UHGV virus genome: UHGV-1375320
Reading direction: 5' to 3' (one strand)
Source: a virus
Length of the DNA: 37,336 nt
The notes beneath the pieces were generated by a model. That model ran no database searches. It was given only the letters and a program-made list of their open reading frames with translations, and had not been told where the DNA came from. The position numbers were made by a program, and so were the translations under genes. Shown piece by piece: positions 34,760-37,336 of this stretch. Within the stretch, counting starts at the first letter, position 1, and the number at the start of each line of letters is the position of its first letter.

Positions 34760-35416
34760 ATGGAAAAAAAGACAGGAGAAACTTTAAAAAATATTAGAAA
34801 AAAATATAACATTACAGGAGAAAAGATGGCAGAAATTTTAGGGTGTAGCACTCAATTTATTTATGCAATAGAAAAAAATAAAAATAAATTTCCTGTAAAA
34901 AAATTAGAATTGATAAAAAATATTGTATCTGAAATCGATTATTTCGATTTAATAGAAGCAATAAAATTTGATACTGAACCTGCAAGCCTTAAAAACGAAG
35001 TTTTAAAAATCCAAAGTATAGAAGAGATAAAACAAAAGAAGATACCTTTTTATCCAGATATTGAAGCTTCAGCAGGGTATGGAAGATTTAATGATAGTGA
35101 AATTGTAGAGTTCTTAGAAGTTCCAGAAGATTTAGCAAGACCAGGAAATATAGCTATAAGAGTTGCTGGAGATTCTATGGAACCAGAGATTAAAGACGGA
35201 GATACTATTGTAATAGATACAAATTGTATAGAATGTATTTTAAATAAAATAATAGTTGTTAATTATCAAGGGGCAGTATATTTAAAAAAATATGTTGAAG
35301 AAAATGGAAAAATATTTTTAAAAAGTATAAATCCATATTACCCTAAAATTAGAATAGGAAACAGAGAAGAACTTAGAGTTATTGGGAAGTTAAAAAGTGT
35401 TATGAGGTATTATTAG
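34760..35416 (+). CDS. CI/LexA-like phage repressor (XRE HTH + peptidase S24)
   Basis: 218 aa. N-terminal HTH LKNIRKKYNITGEKMAEILGCSTQFIYAIEKNK. The C-terminal S24 domain has Ser in AGDSMEP and Lys in GAVYLKKY. Confidence 0.8.
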   Translation: MEKKTGETLKNIRKKYNITGEKMAEILGCSTQFIYAIEKNKNKFPVKKLELIKNIVSEIDYFDLIEAIKFDTEPASLKNEVLKIQSIEEIKQKKIPFYPDIEASAGYGRFNDSEIVEFLEVPEDLARPGNIAIRVAGDSMEPEIKDGDTIVIDTNCIECILNKIIVVNYQGAVYLKKYVEENGKIFLKSINPYYPKIRIGNREELRVIGKLKSVMRYY

Positions 35417-35425
35417 GGGGATAAA

Positions 35426-36028
35426 ATGTATAGATTTTTAAATCATTTAATTTATACAATTGGAGAAACAATATTAGGATTTATTTTTATTTTAGGAATA
35501 ATTTTTATTTGGGTATCTATTCAAGAGGGGATAAAAAATAAAAGTTCTAAAAAAATTGAAAAAAGCAAAGTCGAAGTTATAGAAAAAGAAATAGAAAATC
35601 CAAATATAAACAAAGCTAAAAAATTACAAGATGAAAAAATTAATAGTTATTGTACATTTAATTTTTTTGAAAAACTAGATAAAACGTTTGAAAATATTAG
35701 TAAAATTTATCCAGATTCTATATTAATTGAATGGCAGAATAATAAAACAGAATATGTCAAAAGTATAGATATAGATAAAAAAAATTTTGATTCAATAACA
35801 ACTGCTATAAAAAGATTAAATTTTTATATAACAAATTTTCAAAATAGTATAAAAGATTTTGTAACAGACATAAAAGAATTTGATTTGGTTAGAGAGAAAC
35901 TTCAAAAAAATATATATATTTTTGATGAAGATATGGATATTTTATATAGAGTAATTTTTTTTATTAAAGAAGATGGTGTTTTTTATTCTTTAAAAGTTCA
36001 AGTAAAAGAGATAGAAGAATTAAATTAA
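35426..36028 (+). CDS. Membrane-anchored hypothetical protein (candidate superinfection-exclusion/lysogeny-expressed gene)
   Basis: 200 aa. N-terminal TM helix ILGFIFILGIIFIWV, remainder soluble. Co-transcribed downstream of the repressor and followed by a strong terminator. Confidence 0.4.
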   Translation: MYRFLNHLIYTIGETILGFIFILGIIFIWVSIQEGIKNKSSKKIEKSKVEVIEKEIENPNINKAKKLQDEKINSYCTFNFFEKLDKTFENISKIYPDSILIEWQNNKTEYVKSIDIDKKNFDSITTAIKRLNFYITNFQNSIKDFVTDIKEFDLVREKLQKNIYIFDEDMDILYRVIFFIKEDGVFYSLKVQVKEIEELN

Positions 36029-36047
36029 AAATGTAAAATACTTACCA

Positions 36048-36075
36048 AGAGGAGAAATTTTTTCTCCTCTTTTTT
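36048..36075 (+). terminator. Rho-independent terminator after the repressor operon
   Basis: AGAGGAGAAA / TTTCTCCTCT 10-bp stem with a 3-nt loop, followed by TTTTT. Confidence 0.65.
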
Positions 36076-36109
36076 ATTGCTTGAAACTTAGTAAAAATAG
36101 TACTTCACA

Positions 36110-36180
36110 AATACAACTAAATTAATTGTACAACTTATTTACTTTTTTAATCTTGACAAAACAATTAATTTAGTTGTATT
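36110..36180. promoter_or_regulatory. Perfect 20-bp inverted repeat flanking a TTGACA -35 box (operator/promoter of the HTH gene)
   Basis: AATACAACTAAATTAATTGT (36110-36129) and its exact reverse complement (36161-36180), 31 bp apart. TTGACA at 36153-36158 lies between the arms; TATTTT follows 18 bp downstream. Confidence 0.5.
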
Positions 36181-36214
36181 TTATATTATATAAAATATTG
36201 TGAGGTAAAATTTT

Positions 36215-36430
36215 ATGGATATAAATATAAGAATAGCAGAAAATATAAAAAAAAGAATAAATAAGAAGTACAAAACAACTAAAGAAGCTAGTATTGCTGG
36301 AGGTTGGGGAGAAAAATATTTAACTAATATGATAAGCGACTTAAAGAATAAAAATAATTTTCCTAGTATTCCCCAACTTATAAAAATAGCTAATCTTTGT
36401 AATTGTGATATAAAAGAATTTTTCAAATAA
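36215..36430 (+). CDS. XRE-family HTH transcriptional regulator (Cro/C1-like, 71 aa)
   Basis: IAENIKKRINKKYKTTKEASIAGGWGEKYLTNMIS plus PSIPQLIKIANLCNCDIKEFF is a typical HTH_3 fold. It lies downstream of the 20-bp inverted-repeat operator. Confidence 0.5.
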   Translation: MDINIRIAENIKKRINKKYKTTKEASIAGGWGEKYLTNMISDLKNKNNFPSIPQLIKIANLCNCDIKEFFK

Positions 36431-36476
36431 CAAATAACATTTTCCTAACACCAGGAAAACGAAAGGAGGTGCAGGA

Positions 36477-36620
36477 ATGGAGAAAAAAGAATATGATGAT
36501 AGATTCATTGAGGAAGTAGAGAAAATAACTTCAAAACTAAGAGAATTAAACTTTTCAGATGAACATGTAGTTAGAGTTTTGGAACTATATTTTTGTAAAA
36601 AACCAGTTGGGATATATTAA
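36477..36620 (+). CDS. Hypothetical small protein (47 aa), not in supplied ORF track
   Basis: AAAGGAGGTG RBS 7 nt before the ATG. MEKKEYDDRFIEEVEKITSKLRELNFSDEHVVRVLELYFCKKPVGIY. Confidence 0.25.
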   Translation: MEKKEYDDRFIEEVEKITSKLRELNFSDEHVVRVLELYFCKKPVGIY

Positions 36621-36644
36621 AAATAGGGCTTGAAGCCCCATTCG

Positions 36645-36824
36645 TTAGTTTTGTTTTTCTGTAATATCAATAACATAAGCTAAATTGATATAAGTTACAA
36701 TAGTTGATTCTAACTTAATAAAGTTATTATCAATTTCAAGTAATTTACCAGCAAGATATTTTTTGAACTCATCTTCTGTATCAACAGAAATAAAAACTTC
36801 TTTACCAATTAAGTCTTTTAACAT
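36645..36824 (-). CDS. Hypothetical small protein (59 aa), not in supplied ORF track
   Basis: AAGGAG RBS. MLKDLIGKEVFISVDTEDEFKKYLAGKLLEIDNNFIKLESTIVTYINLAYVIDITEKQN, checked codon by codon. It is convergent with the 36477 ORF across a GGGCTT-GA-AGCCC hairpin. Confidence 0.3.
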   Translation of the reverse strand: MLKDLIGKEVFISVDTEDEFKKYLAGKLLEIDNNFIKLESTIVTYINLAYVIDITEKQN

Positions 36825-36907
36825 ACTTTCAACTCCTTTCTTTGATGTGTGTTAATCAAATTATATAACAATTTTGAAAGTATGTTAATAAATATTTTTT
36901 TACTTCA

Positions 36908-36933
36908 AAACGGACATAAAAATGTCCGTTTTA
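36908..36933. terminator. Perfect 11-bp hairpin (AAAACGGACAT / ATGTCCGTTTT), probable bidirectional terminator
   Basis: AAAACGGACAT-aaaa-ATGTCCGTTTT, with an A-run on the 5' side and T's on the 3' side. Confidence 0.45.
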
Positions 36934-37129
36934 GAGGTATAAAAGTAAGAAAAAATCTTCTGAAACTAGCATAAATTCTATGTTTTAGAAAATTGAAACT
37001 CAGCTAAATATATAATAAAGCTCCCTTGTATATCCTGCAAGGGTTTAACTATAAAAAAATAAAATATACCTGATTTTCTTAGAGATAGTTTTAAATTATT
37101 AAAGCTATCTTTTAGAAAATTAAAAGGGG

Positions 37130-37336
37130 GTGGGTTGGATTGTAGATACTGCAAGTATAAGTTATCCAGCCAAGTTGAATGAACTAGACTTCATAATTCA
37201 ATCAACTAGCATACTACTGGAAGAAGAGGCACGAAATGAAAATAAAAAAATAATATTTAAAAATACCAGATTAAAAAAATATAACTGGTTAAACTACATC
37301 AGCATTGATGAGAAAAAAAATATATTAATCTCTTTC
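37130..37336 (+). CDS. Hypothetical protein, 3'-truncated at window edge
   Basis: GTG at 37130 directly after AAAAGGGGG. The frame stays open for 69 codons to the end of the window (VGWIVDTASISYPAKLNELDF...). Confidence 0.3.
   Translation, partial: MGWIVDTASISYPAKLNELDFIIQSTSILLEEEARNENKKIIFKNTRLKKYNWLNYISIDEKKNILISF

Noticed and set aside
1-37336. tRNA, rRNA and CRISPR-cas content
   Set aside because: Intergenic regions (5561-5956, 6386-6487, 10011-10329, 21088-21504, 30718-31221, 34577-34759, 36029-36214, 36621-37129) were inspected. None has tRNA cloverleaf potential (no GTTC-type T-arm with matching acceptor stems). None has rRNA-like conservation or a repeat-spacer architecture.

Overview
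This is an AT-rich (roughly 30% GC) window with low-GC Firmicutes/Fusobacteria-like codon usage. It is almost entirely a temperate phage that appears to be maintained as a plasmid rather than integrated (a phage-plasmid). No integrase is visible in the window.

Layout by block:
- 1-21087, + strand: a 5'-truncated Rep_trans-like initiator, a small terminase subunit, a candidate portal, a scaffold and a major capsid protein. Then a ~5.6 kb block of small accessory genes (including a MazG-like gene and a self-promoted small serine recombinase). Then a row of 172, 598, 178, 708 and 1637 aa virion proteins whose order and sizes parallel the T7 tail-tube and internal-core set gp11, gp12, gp14, gp15 and gp16.
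- 21088-21504: a 417-bp non-coding island with four intrinsic terminators, a near-consensus sigma70 promoter and a candidate ~70-nt sRNA.
- 21505-27937, + strand: terminase large subunit (TTG start), two collagen-like tail-fibre genes (the second with a C-terminal S74 intramolecular-chaperone domain), two unknown genes, an M15 endolysin, a small membrane protein and a TcdE-type holin.
- 28039-30717, - strand: plasmid backbone of Rep_3 initiator, ParA, a ParB-like partner and a small ORF. It is preceded by six tandem ~21-bp iterons plus one outlier and an AT-rich repeat region that looks like oriV.
- 31222-34576, - strand: early operon of a J-domain (HPD) protein, small ORFs, a YqaJ-type exonuclease and a RecT-family annealing protein.
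- 34577-34759: a divergent-promoter switch with CAAGT-N5-ACTTG operators.
- 34760 onward, + strand: a CI/LexA-like S24 repressor, a membrane protein, an HTH regulator flanked by a perfect 20-bp inverted repeat, small convergent ORFs and a 3'-truncated ORF.

The most notable observations are:
- three capsid-module proteins with a ribosomal-L27-like N-terminal Prp-cleavage motif, one of which has no canonical start codon;
- two near-identical 46-bp GC-rich palindromic intercistronic elements in the early operon;
- a 1637-aa virion protein with an HExxH motif;
- two replication initiators of different classes (Rep_trans and Rep_3).

No tRNA, rRNA or CRISPR array was found.
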